Shown piece by piece: positions 13,764-24,809 of a stretch of DNA of 64,000 bases. The notes beneath the pieces are model-generated. The model did no database searches, had not been told where the DNA came from, and saw only the letters and a list, made by a program, of their open reading frames with translations. Within the stretch, counting starts at the first letter, position 1, and each line of letters starts with the position of its first letter. Source of the stretch: Eukaryota sp. TZLM1-RC (Eukaryota; Protista; Metamonada: BaSk clade). The stretch lies in contig JAUPSS010000001.1 in NCBI GenBank assembly GCA_040285825.1, positions 1,240,001 through 1,304,000 on the forward strand, given 5' to 3'. Made by a program: the position numbers and the translations under genes.

Positions 13764-14192
13764 ATGTCCCGTCACCATGATATACAACAATGGGAGGATG
13801 TAGTCATTAGAAAACCTTCTTCCAAAAACCTACATCTTCCGCTGGTCTGGCAGCTGCTAAAACAACGTGGTCAAGTCGTCTCCATGCAACGACAACAAGG
13901 TGGGGGCGCTTCCAGACGTGTTGCTGAGAGCGAAGACGTTCCTGACATCTCCCGTATTAACCCTGAAGTTGCATCCAGAATACAAAAGGCCCGTCAAGAA
14001 AAGAACCTCACCCGTGCACAACTAGCCCAACGACTCAACGTTAAGGAGTCTGTCCTTGGTGAGATTGAGTCGAGGAGAGCTGTTATGACACCCCAGATCA
14101 ACTCACTCTTAGGCAAGATGGAAAGGATGCTGCAGGTTAAGTTGAGGGGGGATTTGAGCAAACCATTTGAGGTTAAGGGCAAGAAGAAGTAG
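13764..14192 (+). CDS. MBF1: Multiprotein bridging factor 1 (HTH coactivator)
   Basis: QQWEDVVIRK N-terminus; IQKARQEKNLTRAQLAQRLNVK..EIES HTH; ERMLQVKLRG end; first ATG at 13764. Confidence 0.9.
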   Translation: MSRHHDIQQWEDVVIRKPSSKNLHLPLVWQLLKQRGQVVSMQRQQGGGASRRVAESEDVPDISRINPEVASRIQKARQEKNLTRAQLAQRLNVKESVLGEIESRRAVMTPQINSLLGKMERMLQVKLRGDLSKPFEVKGKKK

Positions 14193-14993
14193 CTTTAGTG
14201 TTTATATTATCTAATAAATGGATAGTTTTGTGGTTTTTCTTTTAATTGTTTTTATTTATTTGGGGATTGCAGGAGTATTGAAAAAGACCATAAGTAAACA
14301 TAGATAAACTGCACCCTATTTATGTTAAATATATATGTATAATTATGTTAATGTTTATGTTTAGGTTCAATATAATTCTCACTAAATAACTATTAGTGAT
14401 ATGAAACGTTAATGTTTTATAAACACTAATTGAAAAATGTATTTATAAAAAAATAAAATTTATTATAAAATTTATTAAAAACAATTGTTTAACCAGACAC
14501 GTCAACCACATCTTCAATTTTATCAATTTTTCAAAAATGGAAACTAGACAGTGAAAAAAATTTATCTAATGTACTTCAATTGACATTTGGTATTGTAATC
14601 ACCTATCGACTAAATGACGGAAATAAAATTAAAAATAACAAAAATTGAAAGCTTCTCCTTATGATCTAGTGTTGCAAAAAGAACGTCATTTCCAGCATTT
14701 TGGGTTTAAAAATCAGGTTTTTCCCAAATACAAGCCCAGAACCAGAACACGTTTTTTTCACTCAATACCCTCCAGAAATTCCTAGAAATATCCTGCATTT
14801 TATTTCTCTGGCATTTCCTTGAATTCCGGATAGTGTCAACTCTAGTATCTTGGACCAATTGAAGCAACTGAAGGAATTCATGGAGTAATTCTGTTCTCAA
14901 AAGACTACTTGTCTCTACTCTGATTCACAAAAATAAAAGCTTCAAAAATTCCGCTATTAAAAGCTTAATCCAACTCCTTCAACCGTTCATCCC

Positions 14994-16211
14994 ATGACCG
15001 AACAGTTCTTCAAATGGGCCGAGACTGTCGCTCCTATAGTTCGTGCATCTCTCATCTCATTCAAACATCGGGATAGCAAGGTTTCCCTTTCTCTTACTCC
15101 TCAAGTGATTGACATGGACGACATCATTGTTTCTGACCAAAACGCTTCTCAGTCCATTGAAACAACTCCTTCTGAACCATCCCAAATCATCACCAACACC
15201 CCCATCCATGAAGACTCTCCTCCTCATGAACCATCCATAAGCTCTGAATCAGAGGATGAACCACTTATGAAGAAACGAAGATACTTTGCAAACACTGATA
15301 GTGAAGAGGAAAAGAGTAGTGATGAGGAAGAGAATGTTCCGATGCAGGAGGCTTTGGGTCAAAAAGAAGGTCAAAAACGTCAAGACTTTGTGGGAAATGA
15401 CGTCACTGATGATGTGAATTTAGAAATCAAAGTAGACGGTTCAGAAAATAATCAGCATGTCACGGACATCAACACCAATCAAAAACCTGAAGACGATCAA
15501 AATGAAGCTCAAAATGGTGATGGAAACACGTCATCTGATGATGATTTATTGACCCTTTCAATGGCCCTTTCCCAGCAAGAACGTGAACAAAATAAGGATG
15601 ATTCTGAAGTAGATGACACTTGGAAAGAACTCATTGATGAAGAGGCTGAGCAAAGTGGAGACGAGTTATTACATCATGATGACGATATCGACGGTCAGAA
15701 TGACACGTCATGGGTTTCCGATTTGATTGATGATTCTAAAATTAAAGATATTTCTTTAGCTGAAAGGGCTCAAATCAGTCGTCATATGAGTGAAGAAGAT
15801 CAATCAAAATTGATTGCTCAGCTGAAAAAACAAAAAGAAGAAGCTGAAAAGCATAGAAAAAGAAGATTAAAAGAAAAAAGAAGGAGATTAAAAATGAAAA
15901 AATTGAATAATAATTCAGTAGATGGACCAGAAATTCCTGCTCTATTTGCTGATTTAATAAAAAATGCTGAAAATGATGGTGATGAAGAGGTTTTGCTACA
16001 AGAACAATCAAAATTGACTGGGTCAAAGAAGTCAAGGAAAGTCAATGATGATGTGATTGAGAGTGATGGTGACGTGACTGATTTGGAAGGATTTCAAGCT
16101 GTTGAACCAATGACTTTTGTTTCTCCTAATTTGGCAACTCCATCTTCTGTTGTTGGGAACAAATCTGTAACTAATGGTAATAATGGAAGAAGACTGGATT
16201 TTGATGGTTGA
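14994..16211 (+). CDS. Acidic, low-complexity nuclear protein, possibly Mrc1/claspin-like
   Basis: 405-aa ORF; LIDEEAEQSGDE...SDLIDD resembles the MRC1-like domain; basic NLS-like tract. Identity is tentative. Confidence 0.5.
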   Translation: MTEQFFKWAETVAPIVRASLISFKHRDSKVSLSLTPQVIDMDDIIVSDQNASQSIETTPSEPSQIITNTPIHEDSPPHEPSISSESEDEPLMKKRRYFANTDSEEEKSSDEEENVPMQEALGQKEGQKRQDFVGNDVTDDVNLEIKVDGSENNQHVTDINTNQKPEDDQNEAQNGDGNTSSDDDLLTLSMALSQQEREQNKDDSEVDDTWKELIDEEAEQSGDELLHHDDDIDGQNDTSWVSDLIDDSKIKDISLAERAQISRHMSEEDQSKLIAQLKKQKEEAEKHRKRRLKEKRRRLKMKKLNNNSVDGPEIPALFADLIKNAENDGDEEVLLQEQSKLTGSKKSRKVNDDVIESDGDVTDLEGFQAVEPMTFVSPNLATPSSVVGNKSVTNGNNGRRLDFDG

Positions 16212-16540
16212 TTTAGATAGTTTTTTAATGTTGTATTTTTATTTTTATTTATCTTTTATTTTTGTTTACCATTGCGGGATTTTCATGTCTTTTTGATTTC
16301 ACCAAACTATTTTATTATTGGCTGTATTGTGCTTTTTTATGCTGGTTATCATTGTGATTTAATGTTTTTTGTTCTTCTCTTCGCTTTCAGTCAAATTAAG
16401 ATTTCCAATTTTTAGCTGTACATTACGCATTACTAAGTCTGTTGATACTAACATAAACTAATGCTACGTTAACTTATGATTCAGGACAACGATCAAATAA
16501 ATTGTAATGTTCAACATCAATAAACCAATTTATTTACAAA

Positions 16541-18052
16541 TTAAATCCCTTTGCCAGCCCATACAATAGAATTGGCAATCAACCTATGACCATCAGTTGA
16601 GCTTTGCCAGCCAATCCTACCTTGAACATCACTACTCAAATAACAACAACCAAACTCCACAATTCTACCTTGTCCTATTTCATTCTTTGCAATTAAAGGA
16701 CTTCCATTAGACAGAGTTGCCAACAAAGTTCCATTGACCAGTTGGGCATCTTTACGAGCAAACGGAACAGCAAAAGAGTTGACATTTGTGAATATTGGGT
16801 CACTTGACTTTGTTTTAACAATGCTTTGCTGTGATCCAAGAAGAGTAAAATTGCCGCCACCAAAGCAACAGTACTTAAAGCCTTGGTGGCTTATTGATGA
16901 AACATCATTGACCAAGACCAAACCTTTACCAGATTCTAACAGCTGGTTTAGGTGATGGCCTGGACATTCGACTATAGAAGCATCAAAAACGACCACATCA
17001 AAGGGTTCAAGTTCACTGTAATCCTTGATGGCGTTACCACTTGAATTAATAACAACTTCCAAATCCCCCCAATTTTCAGTTAAACCATTATTAAGCTTGG
17101 TAGTTAGGTCGTTTATGTAATCCCAAGTTGAACAAATCCAAACCCCAACCTTCAGCTTTTTTGTTCTTCTTCTATTGACACAAGAATGATTATCAATAGC
17201 ATTGAATTGAATTCCACCAAATGTAGCCCTTCCAGCGACCCTATTAACTTTTTTCATCAAGTCATTGTACCTACTCTGCATTCTATCCCAGTACAGCTTT
17301 CCTTTTGAAATAGTAGATTGCAGTTCGGATTGAATGTTGGGAACTTCAATACTTAACGAAACTGGCTTACCAGAATAAAACACATCAGCACTTGGTTCCC
17401 TCAAGCATGACTCAACACTAGAAGTAAAGAGGGCGAGGCATTGGTACGTGGTGTTGTTCATGGATGCATTGACTTCATTGGTTAAGGACTTTGCGTCATC
17501 AATACACTGTTCCAGGTTATTGTTTACTGTAGTGACCTTTTGAGTATACATTTCAATAGCTTGTGCAAGCGGCGTCATTTTTCCATGTGAAAAGTGGCCG
17601 TCCAAAAGGCAGCAGTCTACACATACAGCAACAGAGCATTGTGGGCAAAAGTACTCCAAAATCTTGGTTGGATGCTTGGTACATTTCAAGGGATTTACTG
17701 GACCTTCATTGATCGGAACAACATAGTGATGGCTAAGGGCTCTACGATGGATTTTGGAGGAACAAGAATCACAAAACACGGAGGGACATTCTTGACATAC
17801 CACAGTAGCACAGGACGAGTTACATTCTTGACAGATCTTTGAACCAGACAGTTGTTGCTGTTCGATGGCCTCGCGCAGCTTGATGTTCTCGCGTAAGTTC
17901 TGTGCATCAACTGGTTCACGACATTCTGGACATCTTCTGTTGTTTCTTAGAGCAGGCCGAAGACACTTATCCAGACATGCACTATGGCCACAAGGGATAG
18001 TACAAGGCATTGCCATGATATCAAGACAGATGGCACAGTTCATCCACTCCAT
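16541..18052 (-). CDS. TRIM-like protein: RING, two B-boxes, coiled coil, C-terminal alpha/beta domain
   Basis: CAIC..PCGHSAC..C..CPEC; CQEC..CQEC..CDSC..H..H; CTKH..C..C..CVDC..H..H; first ATG at 18052. Confidence 0.85.
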   Translation of the reverse strand: MEWMNCAICLDIMAMPCTIPCGHSACLDKCLRPALRNNRRCPECREPVDAQNLRENIKLREAIEQQQLSGSKICQECNSSCATVVCQECPSVFCDSCSSKIHRRALSHHYVVPINEGPVNPLKCTKHPTKILEYFCPQCSVAVCVDCCLLDGHFSHGKMTPLAQAIEMYTQKVTTVNNNLEQCIDDAKSLTNEVNASMNNTTYQCLALFTSSVESCLREPSADVFYSGKPVSLSIEVPNIQSELQSTISKGKLYWDRMQSRYNDLMKKVNRVAGRATFGGIQFNAIDNHSCVNRRRTKKLKVGVWICSTWDYINDLTTKLNNGLTENWGDLEVVINSSGNAIKDYSELEPFDVVVFDASIVECPGHHLNQLLESGKGLVLVNDVSSISHQGFKYCCFGGGNFTLLGSQQSIVKTKSSDPIFTNVNSFAVPFARKDAQLVNGTLLATLSNGSPLIAKNEIGQGRIVEFGCCYLSSDVQGRIGWQSSTDGHRLIANSIVWAGKGI

Positions 18053-18469
18053 AGGGTATAATGATGGGTGATGAAGTTGACAGGATGTTTGACAGTTCAA
18101 AGTTGACCTGGAAGAAGATCAAAGTGACGAAATTGATGTTGAGTTGACAAGATTCCGATTGAAGAAAAAGTTATGAGAACAACCTATTCTGTGAATGGTT
18201 AAATTATTTTAATTTAATTTATTTATATGCTTATAGATTAGGTGATTGTTTTCCAGAATATACAATAGTTATTATAAATGATTGTTTCTTGTTATTTTTA
18301 CAACTCTTGAACACTACATTTTTGATTATAAAACACTAAACTAGTTGTTATCTTTTACGTTCAATTACACCAAACAAGTTGAATACGATCATTTGCTCCA
18401 TGTATCTTCAACTATGGTGTTTTTGAATTAATTTTGGAAGGATGAATGAACTTTATGTATGTAGGATAC

Positions 18470-21400
18470 ATACTTAATGCTCGTACTGCTACTGCTGATT
18501 TAAGTTTTTCCTTATCACACAATCCTGAAAATGAATTTATAATTGAGATTCCCGATAACATTTCTGACAAAGAAGATCAAAAAGATGACAAAAAATGTGT
18601 TTTTTGTCAAAAGCTTCTTGCTGTCAATGATTCTGGTCGACCTTTACTGTTTTGTGATTCCTGTGTTGCTGCTGATCAGCTATGTTGTCCCAATCGTGTT
18701 CCTGCTCAGCTTAGTCCGTTGGCTTCGATACCTTTTGCTGTTGTTCTTCGTGCTTTTACTGAAAATCTCCGTAAAGGATTATGGGATGTCACACCGATTT
18801 GGAAATTTTTTCTGAAAAAAGATAAAAACTTTTATCGAAAAAATCAAATTTAAAAAAATATGTTTTTTCGAAGAAAAACTTAGTAAAAAAATTAGCTTTA
18901 AAAGAACGTTTTGGATCTGCAAAACAATGTTTATTTTCTTCTGATTTAGCTGAATGTAATGAAAGCACATTGTTCCAATTGAATCATCTTCATCCAGAAG
19001 AAAATTTTCATTGTCCTAAACCAGATTCAGTTGATTATTGGCTGCAAAATTCTGTCAATGCTTCAGAAGTATTGAAACTGATTCAGCAAATGCCTACTGG
19101 AAAAGCTCCTGGGCCGTCTTTGTTAAATTTCGACATGTTAAAATCAGCTGTTGGTCAGTGTCCTGAAATTGCTGATGATCTTGTTCTTTTTTTTCAACAA
19201 TCTTCTTACGTTAAAAATTAAAGTCCCTTTTGAGATGACCAGTGCTCGCTTAGTTGCCCTCAAAAAAAGTCAATCCAAAATCCGTCCAATTGCAATTGGA
19301 GAATCGTTTTCAAGAATTCTTGTGTCTCTTGTTTTCAATAGAATTGGGAAAAAAGCCAAGGAATTTTTCAGTCCATTTCAATTTAAAATCAAGACAATTG
19401 ATGGTGCTTCTTCTGCTGCTCTTTCGTCGGATGTGTTTTTTAATTCTAGTGATTCTAATTACATCTTCAATTTAGATTTTAAGAATGCTTTCAATTCTGA
19501 ATAATTTTGGTTCTGATGATAGAGGTGATGTATACTGTGATTGGATTGATAATTCTGAAACTATTGTTGACTTTGTCTCATGTAATGTTGCAAATGATAC
19601 TTTGGTTCACAGAAGAAAACTTAATCCTGTGGCTGCTCTGGATTTTAAAGCAAAAGAAAAACATAGAAAATATGATAAAGAAATTGAAGAGGCAAATGTC
19701 GATAGAAATACACAGCTGGTTTTTATTGCTTTCCCATTTTCGATAAACGGAAGATTATCAGTTGAAGCAGAAACTTTTTTGGATGACTTCCAAATAATGG
19801 TGCAAGAAAAAACAATGAAAAGATTTGATATTTTTTTATGGCGTTCACGGATTCAATTTGCCATTATTAATAGATTACCGCGGTTTTTCAATCGAATAAG
19901 AGAAGCTTTAGCTAGACAGCAAGCAGATCAAGATTTTGTAGAGGAAATCTTGATTCAATGATAGTCGTCCCATTAGTATTGAGTTAATTTAATTAAGTGT
20001 GCAAATTCAATAAATATATTCTGTACCTCGTTCTTCCATTTTACCTTTGCTGCAAAAGCATTTTCCTGAAGTTGAGCCTTTTTTCTATTCATTTTATGGA
20101 AAATCATCCACATTGGTCTATGAAAACTTTGACCTGCTTTCGTCTTCAGGTGTTAAACAAGGTGATCCACTTGGTCCTTTTTTCTTTTGTCTGGCAATTC
20201 ATCCATTAATGTGCGAATTGAAAGAAAAATTCCCAGAAATAGATATTGTAGCATATATGGATGACATTTCTGTAATTGCTCCGATTTCAATTCTCAAACA
20301 AATAGCAACTTTTATTCAACAGCGTTATGAAGATATTGGTCTCTCATTGAATATCTCCAAATGTTTGATTATTGGCCATGAACCAATTGATTTTTTCATT
20401 AACGAGGTCAATGTCCCCTTTATCAATTATGATCAGTCTGGTTTTCGTTTTTTGGGTTGTTATCTCGGAAATATTGAAGAAGTCAAAGGTCAACTTTTGA
20501 CTCTGTTGACTCAATTTGGAAATGAATTAGAGTCAATAGAAAATTTAAATATTGGGAAACATTTGAAATTCTGTTTCCTAAAAATTTGTTATTCTGAAAA
20601 ATTTACTCATATTTTGAGATTAACATCATTGAAGTTTTGTCGAATTTTTAATGTACAAAGAACCAATTTATTTAGTAAAATTATTGGAAATTGATGCATC
20701 TCAGTTACGAAGCCACATTTTTTGTGGTACAAATTTTGGTGGTGTTGATTTTCATAAGTCAAGCTACCTTTGTAAAGCTGCCTTTATCGAAGGTGGTAAA
20801 AATTTTATTTATGAATTTGTGAATCGTTTTCCTGAAAAAATTGGTCTCATTGAAAATTGTGGCAGCACTTATCTTATTTCTTTGCAACAGGAAATTGAAA
20901 CTCTTTCACCCAATATTTGGTCTCAATGTTTCCCCTCTGGTATTGTGGAACTCCCTCCAAGAAGCTTGCTCTCCTTACCACTGACTTTTGCAAAATTGCA
21001 GAAAAAATCTTGAAAGTTTTAGAAAACTGGGCTATATTGTACGTCTTAGCTTGGCTAAAGAAAAAAATCCCGTTTTTGCAAACTTCTTGATTGATCTTGA
21101 AGACAGTTGCTCAAGTTGCCTAATTTCCCAAATTCCCAACATTTGTGGCCTTCTACTTAATGATTACCAATGGACCACTGCAATTGGAATGAGATGTTTT
21201 CTATGGCCTTGTACTTTACCAAATGATTTAATTTGTCGCTGCAAGAGTGTTGTTACGCTTTCCCATATTTTAAACTGTCAGTATTTCATAACTTATGGCT
21301 CAATTGTTCATGACTCAGTTCGTGATCAATTATATGCCATGTGCAAAAGTTTCAATATAGAGGCATTTATTGAGCCACTAGTACGTAAGCTGTCTTCAGA

Positions 21401-21935
21401 TCAAACTGATGATTCCTTTGGTAAAAAAAGGGCAGATTTAGTAGCTCCAGGGATCGATGGTGTTCTCAATGTTGTAGATGTTGTCTCAGTTGATGTTTGC
21501 AAAAATTCTGCTGCTCGTTTAGTGTATTCCGCTGATTCGCCGTTATCTAACGCCGAAAAAAAGAAGATAAAAAATATGAAGAACCTTTGGCACAGTTAGG
21601 TAGAGTGGAACATGAGAAATATCAGTTTGTGCCGTTTGCAATTTCTCTTTTTGGCAATATTGGACCTTCAGGGTTGCACTTTTTGAAAAATTTTAAAAAA
21701 GTGTTACTGAATAGGTCTAGTAAAACAATGAACTCCACTTTCTGGTTAAATAGAATTGTATTTTGCATTTTCAAGTCTACTCCAACAATGATTTCAAAGG
21801 CACTTTTAGCTATTGGTGTAGAATATGAACGTAATGCTGTGAGTAGGTTCAGTAACAGTGACGCTTGTTTGGAGGATATTGAATTCTTGATGGTTATTGT
21901 AATCTCAATAAATATTCCAGTTTTTTTAAAAAAAA
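18470..21935 (+). mobile_element. Long RLE-type non-LTR retrotransposon, family B, interrupted by a family C insertion
   Basis: CxxC..CxxC, GKAPGPS, RPIAIGE, LDFKNAFNS, GVKQGDPLGP, YMDD, FLG, CCHC, RADLVAPG; AATAAA at 21907 then T/A tract. The 5' boundary is approximate. Confidence 0.92.
19500..20017 (+). mobile_element. 5'-truncated non-LTR family C copy nested in the RT of family B, with 6-bp TSD ATTCTG
   Basis: ATTCTG at 19494-19499 and 20018-20023; removing the insert restores AFNSVPRSS; the insert encodes RGDVYC..VDF..K.EK.RKY (RLE). Confidence 0.88.
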
Positions 21936-22012
21936 GTGTTTTTCCCACTTTGAAAAACTCAAAGCCATTTGATTGTCTTCCCCTAAATATCTCTCACACA
22001 TCAGACTCTCAC

Positions 22013-23899
22013 ATGTCTTCCAACAACAAAGACATCACAGATCCTCGCTTCTCCCATGTCCATGCTGATCCCAAGTTCAAATCAGTTAAATCTAAGAAAA
22101 ACAAGGTTAAACTCGATAAGCGCTTCTCTTCTGTTCTCAACGACTCTGACTTCACCACTGTCACTGCTGTTGACGAATATGGTCGTACTGTTTCCAACCA
22201 ACAATTCGACGACCTCAAGAAATACTACGATCTCTCTGACCAAGAATCTGAACCCACCAATCAACCAGACCCTACCAAGTTTGGTTTTGGGGAATCCTCT
22301 GATGAAAGTGGCATGGAAGACTTTAACCCAGTCGACGTTCTCTCTGGCCATAACCGTAACCCTAACCCAGAGGAGCAAGAGGAAGACGCAGTGAATGCGA
22401 TGGTAGAAGATGTACCTCTAATGGAAGAGGAAACAAATAGACTCGCCTTGTGTAATATAGACTGGTCCAAGGTTTCGGCAACTGATTTGCTCGCACTCAC
22501 GTCATCTTTCGCACCCGCTAATTCTAAAGTAGAATCAGTAATTATATATGTTTCCGATTATGGACTTGAAAAACTAGCAAAGGAACAGAAACAAGGTCCA
22601 GAATTAGAAGATTTTGATTCAATCAGAAATGATTTGACCGCTCAAAAAGATGACGTGTCAGGTCACGTGATTGATGAGGATAGTGTTGTACAGGAAGCTA
22701 TTAGAAGATATGAAATTACAAAACGTAGGTATTATTTCGCGGTCATTCAAACCAGTGACGTGGCATGTGCTGTCAATATCTACAAGGAATTAGATGGCTC
22801 CACTATAGGCCAAACTGGTAATCTAATTGATTTAAGATTCATCCCTGATGACGTTTCATTTGATGGCAGAGCTGTACATGATTCTGCTGATACCATTCCA
22901 TCCAACTATGCACCTCCAGAAGTTGTTTCAACCCCCTTGGAAATGACAAATATTAAACTTTCCTGGGATGACGAAGAGCAACCAAACAGGGTTGTCCTGA
23001 AGAAGAAAGTTAATAAAAAAGAGGTAGAAGAGGCAGATTATGAAGCTTTATTAGCAGAAACGAGCGAGGAAGAGGTTTATAAGGGTGATTTGGCCTTTGA
23101 TATTGAATTTGATATCACACCTACATGTGAAGTTGAGAATCCTTCAATGATGATTAGTTCACAGAATAAAGAAAAGGAAAAAGAATTGAGAGCAAAGGCT
23201 ATTAGGGAGGTGTTGTTGGGAGGTGATGATGTCAGTGATGATGTGTCAGGTGGGTTAGAAATGATTGTTGATGACGTCAACTTGGATCAAAAAGACGGTC
23301 AAAAAGAAATGATTGATTTTATGAATGATGACGATGACAGATTTGTGGACCGTCAAATGACGTTTTCAGTAGGTCAAAAATCGAAAAAGTCAAGCCAAGT
23401 CAATGAAGATTTGATCAGTGATAGCGATGATGCGGGAGATGATGATGACAGTCAGGATGATGTCGATGATGATGATGAAGTTTCCGATACAGAATCAGTC
23501 AAATTTGACGAAAAACGGGCTGCTGAGCTGGCACTTGTCGCAATGTCTGATGATCCAACTCAGAATAAGGAAAAGATTTCTACAGAAGTCAAGGAAGAAC
23601 CTAAGTCAAGAAGAGCAAAAGTAAAGGAAAAGATCAAAAAGAAGAAGCAAGAAGCGGAAAACACGTCAATTAATGTAAAAGATTCACGTTTTGAAGCTGT
23701 TTATGAAAATCCAGATTTCAGTATAGATCCTACTGTCCCAGAATTCAAAAAGACAAAGGCTATGGATATGTTATTGGAAGAAAAAGCTAAAAGAAGAGAG
23801 AAGAAGAATGATCAAGAGGGTGATCAGATGAGTTCAATGGTTGAAAGGTTCAGGAAAAGGAGAAAGAATAAGAGTGGTGATAGAAAGAAAAGGGGTTGA
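22013..23899 (+). CDS. ESF1: Pre-rRNA processing protein ESF1
   Basis: DPRFSHVHADPKF, KVKLDKRF, VDEYGR, TNRLALCNIDW, RYYFAV, DLRFIPDD, and NUC153 motif DSRFEAVYENPDFSIDPT. True start is probably ATG 22013; the upstream in-frame part is retroelement-derived. Confidence 0.93.
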   Translation: MSSNNKDITDPRFSHVHADPKFKSVKSKKNKVKLDKRFSSVLNDSDFTTVTAVDEYGRTVSNQQFDDLKKYYDLSDQESEPTNQPDPTKFGFGESSDESGMEDFNPVDVLSGHNRNPNPEEQEEDAVNAMVEDVPLMEEETNRLALCNIDWSKVSATDLLALTSSFAPANSKVESVIIYVSDYGLEKLAKEQKQGPELEDFDSIRNDLTAQKDDVSGHVIDEDSVVQEAIRRYEITKRRYYFAVIQTSDVACAVNIYKELDGSTIGQTGNLIDLRFIPDDVSFDGRAVHDSADTIPSNYAPPEVVSTPLEMTNIKLSWDDEEQPNRVVLKKKVNKKEVEEADYEALLAETSEEEVYKGDLAFDIEFDITPTCEVENPSMMISSQNKEKEKELRAKAIREVLLGGDDVSDDVSGGLEMIVDDVNLDQKDGQKEMIDFMNDDDDRFVDRQMTFSVGQKSKKSSQVNEDLISDSDDAGDDDDSQDDVDDDDEVSDTESVKFDEKRAAELALVAMSDDPTQNKEKISTEVKEEPKSRRAKVKEKIKKKKQEAENTSINVKDSRFEAVYENPDFSIDPTVPEFKKTKAMDMLLEEKAKRREKKNDQEGDQMSSMVERFRKRRKNKSGDRKKRG

Positions 23900-24809
23900 T
23901 GTGGTTTTTTGGGTTTGCTGTAGGAGCTTTTAGTTTTCTTTAGTATAGTGGGGGTATTGTTTTTGTTTTTGTTGATGTTTATTAACTTCTTAGTCTAGCT
24001 TTGGTATAAATTAAATTTTATTTTACAGCATTAACTAATAGACCGTTTCCTATGACTCTTTTTAAACAGGTTAACAAGCTACTGTAAGTTTTTCGAATTC
24101 TTTGAGCAGTCTCAATATCTTTTTTTACATATCTTTATTAATTTTTTAAAAGTTGCGCACATGGGTTCAATGAAAGCTAAAAATGAATTGTCGTGGTTAT
24201 TTGATAGTAGATCTGAAGTACCTTGTTGGTAGGAATTCAAATGTTAAATAGCTTAATAAGGTCCTTGACAATAGAAAATGCAAATATGGCTATTGACAAA
24301 TCTGATTTTTGAATTTTGTAGCTCAATCTGTGATGATACCCAAGACTGCTTTTGAAGATATTCAAAACAATTGTCGCAAGTAGTTAAGGAGTAAAAGGAA
24401 TTTCTGACAGTTCATCATTAACACTCAACAATATGTCATTTGTTTTAATAATTCTGGACGTGTTGTACTATTTTGAAGATATTAGTTACAAATTACATGG
24501 ACTTTAGCCATTTTTCATTCATTTTTTTGATAAACTTATGGCTAACAAGCCCAATTTATCATATATTAAGACCGTAATTTTGAAATTCTGATATAATCTA
24601 AGATGGTTGCTTCAATTTTAGCCCTCTATACATGATTCCAATTAAAGGTTTTATTTATACTTTATAAAGCTCAAAACAATTGGATTGGGCAGTAAAGAGA
24701 TTTATTATGAAGGCAAAAAGGTTTCGTCCGACTTAAGCGCAATCGTACAGTAAACTAGGATAAACTATACTAAACTCATTACAATAAAGCTGGCCAATCA
24801 TCAATCATT

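Noticed and set aside
21587-23899. 770-aa ORF as the true ESF1 length
   Set aside because: The first 142 codons are retroelement tail and intergenic sequence; ESF1 homology begins at 22013
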